A stretch of DNA of 64,000 nt, taken from NCBI GenBank assembly GCA_022605425.2, contig CM061246.1:558001-622000 (forward strand). The letters are read 5' to 3'. The translations under genes were made by a program, and so were the position numbers. This document shows positions 62,191-64,000 of the stretch, in pieces. The notes under the pieces were generated by a model, which worked only from the letters and a program-made list of their open reading frames with translations, was not told where the DNA came from and made no database searches. This stretch comes from Hamiltosporidium tvaerminnensis FI-OER-3-3 (Eukaryota > Fungi > Microsporidia). The first letter of the stretch is position 1. Each line of letters starts with the position of its first letter.

Positions 62191-64000
62191 TTTTTTAAAA
62201 TAAAATAAAATAAAATAAAATAAAATAAAATAAAATTCGGTTTATTTTCCTTAAGATCAGCCAAATCTACAACACACAAAATTCCTTATAAACCGACCCG
62301 GCTATGTATAGCCACCATATCCGCAATCGGACTTCGGTTCTAGAAGGTCACACGTCTCCCTTTATCCCACACATACACATTTTAAGTTAACACAACCTGG
62401 TTTTATTGCAAACCATTAAGGATCTGTCTTCTTTGAGGCATTACTGCTCCAATAAACTTCACCAAAGCCATGCCAACTCGATTTTGCTGCAGCCCAGCAG
62501 CTTGCCACTCCCCTTCCAAGAGCACTCCTAACACCTTTAATCCTAAATTCCCTACAGCATCAGAAGATTTCAAACATTTTACAACTTTTCTCGTAACCTG
62601 AGCTGTAAACATCAACCGCTCCACTTGCCACCTCTTACACATGAACACTAGGTGGCACAAAGTTTCTCGGACTGGTTCCTCGCAACATGGACAGCGTTCC
62701 CTATACCTATTCGGTAATCTTCCTAAAGCTGCCAGTTGCGGACTAAATTTAACCAGTCCTATTCTGAATCTACGCAGCATCCTAATACTGCTAGCTAACA
62801 CCCTGTTGTTTAGCTCTGCGTAGATCCACTTATAACCACTATTAAGACCCCACAGCCTACGTAAGCCACCTATAACTGACTTATCGGCTCGGTCTTGTCT
62901 TTTAACAATAGCCTCTTTAATAAAGAGACTATTCTTTTTGTTACTCAAACCCGATAAAGGACTTCCAGTATAAGCTTTCATCCAGATTCGGGTTTGAGTA
63001 ACCCACGTCCTCTTCCTCGCTGTAAACTTACCATTGAGCAAGTCCCGGATGATCGTTCTGCTTTCTTGCCATTTCAAAAAGCCTCTTACACGTGACATAG
63101 CTGCCTTTTCATATAAAGGCTGGATGTCACACTCTCTGAAAGCTGCCAGCTGGGCAAAATTCTCTCGACATCCAAAAGCTGCTGCCAAAGAGCGTGTAAC
63201 GCCGCAACCTACAGATACTATTCTGACCTTGCTCATTCCCCACAATTCGCTCCCATACATTACAATGGGTATAATGCATGCTTTTATAATCAGAAGTTTA
63301 AAATAAAGCGGAACTTCTGATCTGCAGAGGAATGGCATAGCATTTTTTCGGACCGCAAACACAGCTTTTTTTCTCCCAATGAGCATTTCTTTTAGAGAAA
63401 ACGTGCGGTCCAAAACAATGCCTAGGTATCTGTAGGTTTCAACCACCGGGACTGCTTTTTCACCTATCATTACTTTACCTGTAAGACCTGGGGGAAGTAA
63501 CAACCCACACTTATCTATATTAATACGCATTCCCCAGGTCTCACACCACCTCATCACTTTATCCATACTGAGTTGTACGGCAGCCACATCATCACCGAGC
63601 AGGACAGTGTCATCGGCAAACAACAGACCCGGAACCCTATAATTAAGACCCTCGCATGCTATACCATTAACACCTCTAAAAATGTCATCGATATAAAGAT
63701 CGAATAATAGAGGTGATAGCGGACAGCCTTGGCGGAGGCCGATATTATATGGGAATAGGCTTGTTGTTTTATCGCCTACTTTGACACCAACCTGTAGATC
63801 AGTGTACAGATCTCTAAGGAATCTTAGGAGTTTTCCAGAAAAGCCTTGCTCTTTTAGTTTCAAAAGGATTAGATCATGAGGAACTCTATCGTAAGCCTTT
63901 TCGAAATCGATAAATAGGCAAACAGTCTCTCTACCTCGAATAAATCTTCTCCTTTGAATTTCTAAAAGAGTTGCCACCTGAGCAACACATTCCTCTCGAG
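62191..64000 (-). mobile_element. LINE copy 3 (3' part; 5' part outside the window)
   Basis: Near-identical to copy 1 in reverse orientation, with 3' UTR and (TTTTA)n tail. Confidence 0.95.
62403..64000 (-). CDS. LINE ORF2 C-terminal part (RT and CCHC), uninterrupted
   Basis: Open frame with FIDFEKAYD, QGCPLSP, FADD, YRYLG and CPCC...H...C; continues past the window edge. Confidence 0.95.
   Translation of the reverse strand, partial: REECVAQVATLLEIQRRRFIRGRETVCLFIDFEKAYDRVPHDLILLKLKEQGFSGKLLRFLRDLYTDLQVGVKVGDKTTSLFPYNIGLRQGCPLSPLLFDLYIDDIFRGVNGIACEGLNYRVPGLLFADDTVLLGDDVAAVQLSMDKVMRWCETWGMRINIDKCGLLLPPGLTGKVMIGEKAVPVVETYRYLGIVLDRTFSLKEMLIGRKKAVFAVRKNAMPFLCRSEVPLYFKLLIIKACIIPIVMYGSELWGMSKVRIVSVGCGVTRSLAAAFGCRENFAQLAAFRECDIQPLYEKAAMSRVRGFLKWQESRTIIRDLLNGKFTARKRTWVTQTRIWMKAYTGSPLSGLSNKKNSLFIKEAIVKRQDRADKSVIGGLRRLWGLNSGYKWIYAELNNRVLASSIRMLRRFRIGLVKFSPQLAALGRLPNRYRERCPCCEEPVRETLCHLVFMCKRWQVERLMFTAQVTRKVVKCLKSSDAVGNLGLKVLGVLLEGEWQAAGLQQNRVGMALVKFIGAVMPQRRQILNGLQ

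Larger units (their letters stand above)
58148..64000. repeat. Right arm of the inverted duplication, extends beyond the window
   Basis: Reverse complement of 32119-37985. Confidence 0.97.

Overview
AT-rich eukaryotic DNA from a microsporidian. The evidence is a ~1.3 kb reduced SSU rRNA, a very short ITS, 5.8S fused to the LSU, intronless genes and a CCC motif just upstream of start codons. The repeat-inflated protein and TE load suggest a large-genome lineage such as Hamiltosporidium (inference). There are three host genes: CPSF160/Cft1 (minus strand, inflated by low-complexity repeats, five apparent single-base frameshifts, runs off the left edge), XPF/Rad1 and a UBE3A-like HECT E3 ligase. 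One rDNA unit lies at 24.2-28.2 kb. About 300 bp downstream of it is a full-length APE-type non-LTR retrotransposon with a 16-bp TSD; a decayed second copy is at 39.3-44.4 kb and a third, inverted copy runs off the right edge as part of a >=5.85 kb inverted duplication. Also present are a complete but dead Ginger-type DNA transposon (TIRs, 4-bp TSD), 3' remnants of an RLE-type LINE and a dispersed non-coding repeat. The best candidate for an undescribed system is the LINE: (i) it starts exactly at its ORF1 ATG, with flanking DNA providing a host-type CCC motif; (ii) ORF2 has no usable AUG and overlaps the ORF1 stop as AUAG; (iii) ORF1 and ORF2 share a duplicated RRM-like domain; (iv) its 3' UTR holds a three-way RNA junction supported by compensatory substitutions in an adjacent short relative.
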